DNA of 64,000 bases from positions 14,109 through 78,108 of the forward strand of contig JBASRE010000013.1 in NCBI GenBank assembly GCA_049273695.1, in the 5' to 3' direction. This stretch comes from Pyrinomonadaceae bacterium. Lineage in GTDB: Bacteria > Acidobacteriota > Blastocatellia > Pyrinomonadales > Pyrinomonadaceae. How positions within the stretch are numbered: the first letter of the stretch is position 1; every line of letters begins with the position of its first letter. Under the pieces are notes generated by a model. That model made no database searches, had not been told where the DNA came from, and saw nothing but the letters and a program-made list of their open reading frames with translations. A program made the position numbers and the translations under genes. Positions 17,351-25,776 of this stretch are shown piece by piece.

Positions 17351-17446
17351 GGAATTGAGCCATTGATTCATTGGTTCATTGATTCACTGGTTCGGTTTGA
17401 ATAGGTCAATGATTCAATGGATCGATGTTTCAATGAACCAATTTCC
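17351..17446. repeat. tandem-octamer hairpin (CATTGRTT)n in the divergent icd/mutS2 intergenic region
   Basis: CATTGATT CATTGGTT CATTGATT CACTGGTT ... loop ... imperfect complement AATGATT CAATGG ... CAATGAACCAAT. Confidence 0.7.
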
Positions 17447-17497
17447 TATCAGTCTAATCTGCGGATAAGTTCCTGGCGGTGTAAGATTGATACTTCC

Positions 17498-20281
17498 ATG
17501 AATCCTCAGGCTTTCGGAATTCTTGAGTTCGATCAGTTGCGCCAACTCGTGCGGCGGCACGCGCAAACCGACATGGGTCGCGCGCGGGTTGCGGCCCTCG
17601 AGCCGTTCGACGATCTCGGGCCGCTGCGGCATGCGCTAGCTGAAGTTGGCGAAGCGATCAGTTTGCGCGCGCGTGGTGCGCGGTTCGCTTTCGACGGCGT
17701 CGCTGATCCGAGTGAGTCAATCGCCCGGCTGAAGATCGAAGGCGCGGCCCTTGAACCGTTGGCCATGCTCGATCTTGTGCGGGTGTGCAACTCAGCTCTG
17801 GATGCGCGGAACGCGATCCTGGCAGAACGCGAAGACTCGCCGACCCTGTTCGAGGCAGTCGCCGCCCTTTCACCCGACCTGAAGAAACTCGCGACCTTGA
17901 TTACGAAGAAGATTCTACCAAGCGGCGAACTCGATGATCGCGCGAGTCCTGAGTTGGCCCGCATTCGTCACGACGTCGGGCGGCTTCGTTCGTCAATCAC
18001 GCGATCCCTGGAAAATCTGATGCGCCGCTCGTCCGAGGCGATTCAGGAAGAACTCGTCACCGTTCGCAACGATCGCTTCGTCATCCCCGTCCGCGCGGAC
18101 CATCGGGGCCGCATCAATGGCGTCGCGCACGGCTCTTCGTCATCCGGACAAACGATATTTATTGAGCCGATGCAGACCATTGAAACCAACAATGAATTGC
18201 AAACGCTCCGTGAAGCGGAACAACGTGAGATCGCTGCGATCCTATTTCGTCTCTCAGAAGACCTGCGTGCGCAGTTGCCGGCGATCGAAGCCGCTGCTGT
18301 GGCCGTCGCGGTGCTTGACGTAATCAACGCGAAGACTGCGTTCGGCGAACGTTTCGATTGTGTGGTGCCCGAAGTTTTGAGTGCGCCGGCAGAGGAACCG
18401 GGGTCCCCGGCGCGGCAGCCGCGCTGGGGTGGTCGTAGCGGCGACGGCGCTATGGATGAATCTTCGGGGCGCGCTATCAAAACCGCATCCAAAGCGGTGT
18501 CGCCGCTTCGCTCTGCCCCCGCACTCCAAATAAGCACACTCGAGTTCACCGACGCGCGTCATCCATTGCTCGAAGAGAATCTCCGAGCATCCGGCGGTCA
18601 CGTCGTCCCCGTTTCATTCACACTGGATCATGAGCAAACGACGATGGTGATCTCAGGCGCGAACGCGGGCGGGAAGACGGTCGTGCTGAAAACCGCAGGT
18701 CTGCTTTCGCTGATGGCTCTGTCCGGCCTGCCGGTTCCTGCGCGATCAGCGCGGGTTCCCTTCTATCGATCGGTGCTTGCCGACATTGGCGACCATCAAT
18801 CGCTCGCGGCAAATCTTTCGACGTTCACTTCACACGTGGCAAACATCGCGACGATGATCGAGATCTGCGCTGGGAGCGCTGACGCCTCGTCCGCATCCTC
18901 GTCTTCGTCGCTCGTCCTGCTCGACGAAGTCGGCACCGGAACCGATCCGGAAGAAGGTTCAGCGTTGGGCGTTGCCGTGGTCGATCACTTCAAGCAGCGC
19001 GGCGCGCACGTGCTGGCCACGACGCATTATTCCGGATTGAAAATGTATGCGGCGAACGAACCCGGCGTCCTGAACGCCAGTGTCGAATTTGACGAACGCA
19101 CCTTGCGGCCGACTTATCGTTTACTTGTCGGAGTCGCCGGTTCCTCTTCAGGTTTGGACATCGCGCAGCGGTTCGGAATTCCCGCGGACATTATTGCCGG
19201 TGCAAATGAACACGTCAGAGAATCGTCGCGGGCCGCGACGGAATACCTGCGGCGTATTAAGCGTGAGTCCGAGGAAGCCGAAGCTTTGCGGCGCGCTCTT
19301 GAAGAAGAACGCGCGGCGGTCGCTGAGAAATTCGCGACCCTCGATCTCGACTCTCAGAGGCGCGAGCGTGAAAGGCAGGCTGAGTTTGAAAAACAATCGG
19401 CAGCCATCTTCGCCGAATTTGAAAAACTTTCCCGCGAACTTCTGGCGAAGATTCAGGAGCGCGCCGATCGCGCTAAGGTCGAGCGCGAAACGCAGAAGCG
19501 AGCGGCGGAGCTGAAGCGCGAGGCACAACGCGCGGCGAAAGCAATGTCTGAGGAGGCGAGCCAGCAAACGCGTGCTCAACTTAGACAATCTCGCAGTCAG
19601 GAAGGGGGCTTGCCCCCGCAGCTTCGCGGGGTAAGAGTCGTTCGCGACGGAAGAGTAGTCAGCGACGCACGACCATCGGATGGCGAGCACGAACAATCGA
19701 AAGAGAGCGCGCCGGATGCCCGCGCTCCCAGCGCGCAGCCAGCGTTTGCTGCAGCGCGCGAAATTGAGGTTGGCGACCGCGTTCGGCTGCTTTCATTCGG
19801 TTCGACCGGCATCGTCGATCAAATCAAAGACGAGGAAGCAGAAGTCAGGGTCGGCTCGTTGCGCATGCGCGAACGGCTTTCGAATCTCGAACTGATCACC
19901 GAAGCTGGCACCAAGCGGAATGAAGTCAGTACCTCCCGCGTTAGCGGGAGGGTCAAAGGATCACTTGAGAACTTGAAGAAGCAAGCAACGGCAACTGAGC
20001 TCCACCTGCATTCAAAAGACTCAAACTCCAAGTCTCAAAACAATGAAATCAATCTCATTGGTAAGACCACCGACGAGGCCGTCGATCTGGCAGATAAGTT
20101 GCTCGACGAAGCTTTCTTGAACGGCCTCAGCGAAGTCCGCATCATTCACGGCCACGGCACCGGCGCGCTGCGAAAAGCGGTCGCCGAATTTCTGCGCGAT
20201 CATCCGCACGTCGCGCGCTTTACCTCAGCGTCGCCTGACAAGGGCGGTTCCGGTGCGACCGTTGTCGAACTCAATTCATGA
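17498..20281 (+). CDS. mutS2: endonuclease MutS2 (MutS domain V ATPase + C-terminal Smr)
   Basis: ATG 17498. Walker A GANAGGKT, LVLLDEVGTGTDPEEG, C-terminal Smr (VRIIHGHGTGALRKAV). It contains extra low-complexity inserts. Confidence 0.9.
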   Translation: MNPQAFGILEFDQLRQLVRRHAQTDMGRARVAALEPFDDLGPLRHALAEVGEAISLRARGARFAFDGVADPSESIARLKIEGAALEPLAMLDLVRVCNSALDARNAILAEREDSPTLFEAVAALSPDLKKLATLITKKILPSGELDDRASPELARIRHDVGRLRSSITRSLENLMRRSSEAIQEELVTVRNDRFVIPVRADHRGRINGVAHGSSSSGQTIFIEPMQTIETNNELQTLREAEQREIAAILFRLSEDLRAQLPAIEAAAVAVAVLDVINAKTAFGERFDCVVPEVLSAPAEEPGSPARQPRWGGRSGDGAMDESSGRAIKTASKAVSPLRSAPALQISTLEFTDARHPLLEENLRASGGHVVPVSFTLDHEQTTMVISGANAGGKTVVLKTAGLLSLMALSGLPVPARSARVPFYRSVLADIGDHQSLAANLSTFTSHVANIATMIEICAGSADASSASSSSSLVLLDEVGTGTDPEEGSALGVAVVDHFKQRGAHVLATTHYSGLKMYAANEPGVLNASVEFDERTLRPTYRLLVGVAGSSSGLDIAQRFGIPADIIAGANEHVRESSRAATEYLRRIKRESEEAEALRRALEEERAAVAEKFATLDLDSQRRERERQAEFEKQSAAIFAEFEKLSRELLAKIQERADRAKVERETQKRAAELKREAQRAAKAMSEEASQQTRAQLRQSRSQEGGLPPQLRGVRVVRDGRVVSDARPSDGEHEQSKESAPDARAPSAQPAFAAAREIEVGDRVRLLSFGSTGIVDQIKDEEAEVRVGSLRMRERLSNLELITEAGTKRNEVSTSRVSGRVKGSLENLKKQATATELHLHSKDSNSKSQNNEINLIGKTTDEAVDLADKLLDEAFLNGLSEVRIIHGHGTGALRKAVAEFLRDHPHVARFTSASPDKGGSGATVVELNS

Positions 20282-21186
20282 ACGCGACAGAATCAGAGGC
20301 AGGGCGGTTAAGCGACTCAATCAAATCAAACTCAGGCCCACGCCCATTCAAGCTCCATCTGGTTGAAGGCACGAGTCTGAAGCGTCTGATCTTTTCAATC
20401 ATCGTCGGGCTTGTGCTTTCATACTTCGGTCTGCTTTTGTACGGAACAATGTTCGCCGAACGAATGATCTTTCTCCCGCCGGCTACCGAGTACCGCGATA
20501 CGGGCGCGACTCTGAAGCTGAAGTCTCGTGATGGCGTTGAGATTTCCGCCGTTTACCTGGCCAATCCGCAAGCGACATACACAATCCTTTTCAGCCATGG
20601 CAATGCCGAGGACCTGGGCACGCTGACACCGGAACTCGAAGAGATGAGAGCGCTCGGCTTTTCAATCTTCGCCTATGACTATCACGGATATGGAACAAGC
20701 GGCGGCAAAGCGACCGAGCAGAATGCTTACGAAGACATCGACGCGGCGTACAATTACCTGACTCAAGTATTAAAGATTCCGCCCGATCAGATTATTGCGC
20801 ACGGTCGTTCGTTGGGTGGCGCGGTCGCAATTGACCTCGCGTCTCGGAAACCTTTGGGCGGACTTATCGTCGAGAGTTCGTTTGTGTCAGCGTTCCGCGT
20901 CGTGACCGGCTATCGCATCTTTCCATTCGACAAGTTCCGGAACGCGGATAAGATCAAGCAGGTCCGCTGTCCCGTGCTGATGATTCACGGCCGTCAGGAT
21001 GACGTAATCCCGTTCTGGCACGGCGAACGGCTCTTCGAACTGGCGAATGCGCCCAAGGTGAATCTTTGGGTGGACGGAGCGGGGCACAATAATTTGAAAC
21101 GCGTTGCCGGCGCACAATACGTGAAAACGTTGCAGGCATTCCGTGACTCACTAGGTCACACGCTGATTAAGAACACCAAGTGGTAA
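20278..21186 (+). CDS. alpha/beta hydrolase (ABHD/S9-S33-like), membrane-anchored
   Basis: ATGA overlap with the mutS2 stop. FSHGNAEDLG, nucleophile elbow GRSLGG, and a distal HG...D/H region. Confidence 0.8.
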   Translation: MNATESEAGRLSDSIKSNSGPRPFKLHLVEGTSLKRLIFSIIVGLVLSYFGLLLYGTMFAERMIFLPPATEYRDTGATLKLKSRDGVEISAVYLANPQATYTILFSHGNAEDLGTLTPELEEMRALGFSIFAYDYHGYGTSGGKATEQNAYEDIDAAYNYLTQVLKIPPDQIIAHGRSLGGAVAIDLASRKPLGGLIVESSFVSAFRVVTGYRIFPFDKFRNADKIKQVRCPVLMIHGRQDDVIPFWHGERLFELANAPKVNLWVDGAGHNNLKRVAGAQYVKTLQAFRDSLGHTLIKNTKW

Positions 21187-21268
21187 CCCACGCGGAGTTT
21201 TGGGCTATGCCACAGGAAAGGCGGGCGCTACTGTAGTAGAATCGAGGCATTTCGAAGGGATACCTCCG

Positions 21269-21475
21269 ATGGCCGCGAAAGAACGAATGAAGACTACTGG
21301 CGAACTTCATGTTGAAGATCGAATAGCATTGTTTGATTCCCCTGAGGAGCGAAGTCTATCTAAAACACTTTACGGAATCCTGCAATTTGAGAGCGGAGCT
21401 CCGACCGACGACGAACTCAAGGATATGCTCGCGGATTACTTGCTCAAGAAGGATACTGACGCCTGCAATGACTGA
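21269..21475 (+). CDS. small acidic hypothetical protein, possible third component of the DUF433/DUF5615 module
   Basis: ATG 21269. The 68-aa product's stop overlaps the DUF433 ATG by 8 nt. I recognise no domain. Confidence 0.35.
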   Translation: MAAKERMKTTGELHVEDRIALFDSPEERSLSKTLYGILQFESGAPTDDELKDMLADYLLKKDTDACND

Positions 21476-21704
21476 TACGGCATACAGAAAACTCTTAAAG
21501 CGCGTTGTCGTGAAGCAGAACGTGTGTGGCGGCGAGCCGTGCATTCAAGGAACGCGAATAAACATCGCTGTAATATTGGATTCGTTGGCTGAAGGATTGT
21601 CTCCGAAGGAAATCACCAAACACTTCCCACCGCTGACTGAGCAAGACGTGCGGGCTGCGGTGGCGTACGCTGCCGAGTTGGCGCGCAAAGTTCCTGCCGC
21701 ATGA
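21468..21704 (+). CDS. DUF433 (COG2442) antitoxin-like protein
   Basis: VCGGEPCIQGTRINIAVILDSLAEGLSPKEITKHFPPLTEQDVRAAVAYAA is the canonical DUF433 pattern. Confidence 0.8.
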   Translation: MTDTAYRKLLKRVVVKQNVCGGEPCIQGTRINIAVILDSLAEGLSPKEITKHFPPLTEQDVRAAVAYAAELARKVPAA

Positions 21705-22057
21705 GGATTAAGCTGGATCAGAACCTTTCTCAGTATCTGCGAGATGATTTAACGGCCCTCGGTCACGATGTCGATGCCGTATTTGACGAAGGACTTTCGG
21801 GAAAAGCGGACCCCGACGTGCTACGCGCCGCAACCGACGAGGATCGGATTCTCTTCACACTCGACTTAGACTTTCTTGATTTGAAAGAATACCCTCCGAC
21901 AAATCATCGCGGCGTAGTTGTCTTCCGTCCTCCTCGTCAAGGAGCACTGGCGGTGGCAATGTTCATAATGGCTTTCGTTCGGAGTGCGAACCTGCAAAAG
22001 CACTACGGCGAAACGACAATCGTAGAACGGACGCGCGCCCGGATCCTCAAGAGTTGA
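21701..22057 (+). CDS. DUF5615 / COG4634 PIN-like (Mut7-C-like) putative toxin
   Basis: ATGA overlap with DUF433. MRIKLDQNLSQYLRDDLTALGHDV...DEDRILFTLDLDF fits the COG4634 family. Confidence 0.75.
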   Translation: MRIKLDQNLSQYLRDDLTALGHDVDAVFDEGLSGKADPDVLRAATDEDRILFTLDLDFLDLKEYPPTNHRGVVVFRPPRQGALAVAMFIMAFVRSANLQKHYGETTIVERTRARILKS

Positions 22058-22064
22058 GCAGGCT

Positions 22065-23876
22065 ATGCGTTTTCCGCAAACATTCATCGATGACCTGCGC
22101 CGCCAGTCGGACATTGTCCGTATCGTCCAGGATTACGTGACGCTGAAGAAGGCGGGCGCGAATTGGGTTGCGCGCTGCCCTTTTCACAAAGAGACCAAGC
22201 CTTCGTTCTCAGTCAATCCGGCGAAAGAGATTTTCTACTGCTTCGGCTGTCAGAAGGGCGGCTCAGTTTTTAATTTTGTGATGGAAATCGAGCGGGTGGC
22301 TTTTCCCGAAGCGATCAAAATCGTTGCGGAGAAAGCTGGCGTGCCGTTGCCGAAAATGATCGACGACGGCAAGTTCGAAGCGCGCAAGCGCGATTCGGAT
22401 GAGGTCATCGAACTCAATCAATGGGCGCTGCAATGGTGGCAGGATCAACTTCAAAGCAAGGCCGCGACCTCCGTGCGGCAGTATCTGAAGCAGCGCGGTT
22501 TAACGGAAGAAACGACGAAGACGTTCCGGCTCGGATTTGCTCCCGACAGTTGGGAAGCTCTGTCCACGCATCTGCGCCAAAAAGGTGCGACGCAGGAGCA
22601 ACTCGAACGCAGCGGCCTCGTCGTGAAAAAGGACGAAGGCGGCTCTTACGACCGTTTTCGCGGGCGCCTAATGTTTCCCGTGTTCGACGCGCAGGGAAAA
22701 CCCATAGCTTTTGGCGGCCGGACGCTGGATCCTGAAGGCGAACCCAAGTATCTCAACTCGCCCGAAACATCGGCTTACACCAAGGGCCGCCATCTTTTTG
22801 GCTTGAACCTGACCCGCGACGAAATCAGGCGAAATGGGTTCGCTATTCTCGTCGAAGGCTACCTGGATCTCATCGTTCCTTACCAGTTTGGGGTCAAGAA
22901 TTTAGCGGCGAGTCTCGGCACCGCGCTGACGCCTGAGCAAGTGAAATTGATTGGCCGCTTTGCGCGTAAGGTTGTGGTGAACTATGATGGAGACCGAGCG
23001 GGTGTGCAGGCAGCGAAGCGGGCGATCGAAACTCTTCTGGCAGAAGACCTCGAGGTCAAGGTGTTGGTGCTCCCGGACAACGCCGATCCTGACGATTTCA
23101 TCAGAAAATACGGCGTCACGGAGTATCAGCAGCGGAGAGGCAAAGCACAGCCCCATATACAATTCGTGATCGATCAAGCGGTACGGGATCGTAACCTTGA
23201 TAACCCGCCTGATAAACAAGCGGCGGTCGAGGAGACGCTCCCGTTTGTTCGCGCTGTCCGCAACCGGATTCAGCGGCGGGGATATTTTGACAATGCGATG
23301 TCGCAGTTGCGAGTCCCGCAAGACCAGCAGCGCGAGCTTTGGCAACTAGTGCGAGGCGCCGCAAGTGCCGACACAGAGGCCGTTCAGCAGGTGGTGGTTC
23401 GACAGCTGAAGCCGACGGTTGCGGAACAAAGGCTCCTGGAACTGCTGCTGGCAAGCGAAGAGCTGCGAAAGATTGTGCTGACGCGGCTCGAGCCGAGTGA
23501 TTACGACGGGATTGCGACGGCGCCAATTTTTCGCGCGCTGGTCAAGCTGAACGAGGACGAAGACGAAATCAACTTTGATTCGTTGAGTGCCGAAACGCCG
23601 GACGATCCCTCGACGGGCGAGTTGTTAGCGCGTCTGATGATCGCCGAGCCGATTGAGTCGTTCGATGAAGCATTGACGCACGCTGACAGTTGTCTGAATG
23701 CGCTGCGGCTAATGAAGCTGGATCGGGAGATCGACGAACTTGGTTCGCAAGTCGCCGAAGCGGAACGCGCGGGTGAAGCAGAGAAACGCGATAGTCTGGT
23801 AATGAAGAAACACGAACTATCAAAACAACGCGGCAACTATTTGCCGGCGGCGCAAGTGAGTAAAACGGTTCATTGA
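22065..23876 (+). CDS. dnaG: DNA primase
   Basis: Zinc-binding CPFHKETKPSFSVN...FYCFGCQKGG, a Toprim region (EGYLDLI...NYDGDRAG) and a C-terminal helicase-interaction domain. Confidence 0.95.
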   Translation: MRFPQTFIDDLRRQSDIVRIVQDYVTLKKAGANWVARCPFHKETKPSFSVNPAKEIFYCFGCQKGGSVFNFVMEIERVAFPEAIKIVAEKAGVPLPKMIDDGKFEARKRDSDEVIELNQWALQWWQDQLQSKAATSVRQYLKQRGLTEETTKTFRLGFAPDSWEALSTHLRQKGATQEQLERSGLVVKKDEGGSYDRFRGRLMFPVFDAQGKPIAFGGRTLDPEGEPKYLNSPETSAYTKGRHLFGLNLTRDEIRRNGFAILVEGYLDLIVPYQFGVKNLAASLGTALTPEQVKLIGRFARKVVVNYDGDRAGVQAAKRAIETLLAEDLEVKVLVLPDNADPDDFIRKYGVTEYQQRRGKAQPHIQFVIDQAVRDRNLDNPPDKQAAVEETLPFVRAVRNRIQRRGYFDNAMSQLRVPQDQQRELWQLVRGAASADTEAVQQVVVRQLKPTVAEQRLLELLLASEELRKIVLTRLEPSDYDGIATAPIFRALVKLNEDEDEINFDSLSAETPDDPSTGELLARLMIAEPIESFDEALTHADSCLNALRLMKLDREIDELGSQVAEAERAGEAEKRDSLVMKKHELSKQRGNYLPAAQVSKTVH

Positions 23877-23973
23877 GTTAATCGAGCCGCATGGGCGGCG
23901 TATTGTCAGTACCACCTGCGATGGATTTGTCAGTACCGGTAGCGGGTGGGGTTGAACGAGGGTAAAAGATAAC

Positions 23974-25704
23974 GTGGCTAGTGAAGAAAAAGATCGTGAC
24001 GATGTGATGGATCGCCTGCTCCAGTTGGGCGGCGACAAGAAATTTCTGTCTTACGACGACTTGAATCGTGAGCTGCCGGAGAATGTTGTTTCGCCGGACG
24101 ATATCGAAGACGTGCTGCAGAAGCTCGACGCTTCAAACATTCATGTCGCCGACTCCGACGAGCGTTTGATCGAGCAGGCAGCGGCCATCGCGACTGAAGA
24201 AGAAGAGAGCGACGAAGATCTCGAACTTGATCTTTCCGCGGGCGCGCTTGAGAAGACTAACGATCCGGTTCGTCTGTACCTGCGCGAAATGGGGGTTGTG
24301 CCCCTGCTTACTCGTGAAGGTGAAGTCGCCATTGCGAAACGCATCGAGCGCGGCTTGATGAAAACGCACAAGTCGATTGCGCGGTCGCCGATTGCCGTGA
24401 TGGAGCTTTTGAAGATCGGCGAAGAGCTGGCGGAATTCAAAATCAACATTCGTGAGGTCGTGCTTTTCTCTGAGCAGGCTGAACTTGCCGGTGAAGACGA
24501 TAAGGCCGAAGAGTATCGCGAGTGGACTATCGAAGGCATCGAGGGTATTCGAAAGATCTTCAAGAACGCGCTCAAAGAGTACGCAAAGCTGAAGACCGAA
24601 GCGAAAGCCCAGCGTGGCAAGAAGACGAAGAAGGTCCTGCGGTTGCGCGGGCGCGTTGGGCGCCTGCGAATTGAGATTGCCGATGAGATTGGCCGTCTGA
24701 ATATGACGGAAAGATCGCGGCAAAGGCTGATTAACGCGATTCGCAATGTGCAGAAAGAGGTGCGTTCGGCCGAACGCGAGCTTTCTACTTACACCGAAAG
24801 ACTGAACTCAAAGAAGCGCCTCAAGGCCGACGACCAGAAGGCTTACAAAGCACACGTTTCGAACGCCAAGAAACGCCTGCGCACCGTCGAAGAAGAGTTT
24901 CATATTTCTCCCGTCGACGTGAAGCGTTCACTGCAAAACATCGTCACCGGCGAACAACAGACGGGTCAGGCCAAGCGCGAACTGGTCGAAGCGAACCTGC
25001 GTCTCGTCGTTTCAATCGCAAAGAAGTACACGAACCGTGGGTTGCAATTCCTCGATCTGATTCAGGAAGGCAATATCGGATTGATGAAGGCGGTGGATAA
25101 GTTCGAATGGCGGCGGGGCTACAAATTCTCGACGTATGCAACGTGGTGGATTCGCCAGGCAATCACGCGCGCGATCGCCGATCAGGCGCGCACGATCCGC
25201 ATCCCGGTGCACATGATCGAGACCATCAACAAGCTGATCCGCACGTCGCGCGCCCTCGTGCAGGAGTTGGGGCGTGAGCCAACCAGCGAAGAAATCGCGA
25301 AGAAGATGGACATTCCGGTTTCCAAGGTGCGCAAGGTCCTGAAGATTGCGCAGGAACCGATCTCGCTCGAGACACCGATTGGTGAAGAGGAAGATTCGCA
25401 CCTCGGCGATTTCATCGAAGACAAATCGATCCTGAATCCTTCCGATGCGGTCGTCGCGTCGAACCTGCGCGAGATTACCGACGAAGTGCTCGCAACCCTA
25501 ACGCCGCGCGAAGAGAAAGTGATCAAGATGCGTTTTGGTCTGGGCACGACCGGCTCTGAACACACCCTGGAGGAAGTCGGCCAACATTTCGCGGTCACGC
25601 GCGAACGTATCCGGCAGATTGAAGCCAAGGCACTGCGCAAGCTGCGTCATCCCTCACGCTCACGGAAACTCAAGGCGTTCCTCGAGACCGTGCAACATAA
25701 TTAG
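23974..25704 (+). CDS. rpoD: primary RNA polymerase sigma factor
   Basis: GTG 23974. Acidic region 1, region 2 ([57 protein letters not shown]) and region 4 ([30 protein letters not shown]). Confidence 0.97.
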   Translation: MASEEKDRDDVMDRLLQLGGDKKFLSYDDLNRELPENVVSPDDIEDVLQKLDASNIHVADSDERLIEQAAAIATEEEESDEDLELDLSAGALEKTNDPVRLYLREMGVVPLLTREGEVAIAKRIERGLMKTHKSIARSPIAVMELLKIGEELAEFKINIREVVLFSEQAELAGEDDKAEEYREWTIEGIEGIRKIFKNALKEYAKLKTEAKAQRGKKTKKVLRLRGRVGRLRIEIADEIGRLNMTERSRQRLINAIRNVQKEVRSAERELSTYTERLNSKKRLKADDQKAYKAHVSNAKKRLRTVEEEFHISPVDVKRSLQNIVTGEQQTGQAKRELVEANLRLVVSIAKKYTNRGLQFLDLIQEGNIGLMKAVDKFEWRRGYKFSTYATWWIRQAITRAIADQARTIRIPVHMIETINKLIRTSRALVQELGREPTSEEIAKKMDIPVSKVRKVLKIAQEPISLETPIGEEEDSHLGDFIEDKSILNPSDAVVASNLREITDEVLATLTPREEKVIKMRFGLGTTGSEHTLEEVGQHFAVTRERIRQIEAKALRKLRHPSRSRKLKAFLETVQHN

Positions 25705-25710
25705 TATTGA

Positions 25711-25770
25711 GTGGCACAGACTTCAGTCTGTGATCCAAGCGGTGAAATCACAGACTGAAGTCTGTGCCAC
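25711..25770. repeat. REPIN-like doublet: two inverted copies of GTGG-CACAGACTTCAGTCTGTG
   Basis: Perfect 22-nt inverted repeat (25711-25732 / 25749-25770). Each arm contains the 18-nt palindrome CACAGACT-NN-AGTCTGTG. A second locus is at 59465-59524. Confidence 0.85.
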
Positions 25771-25776
25771 TCCTTT

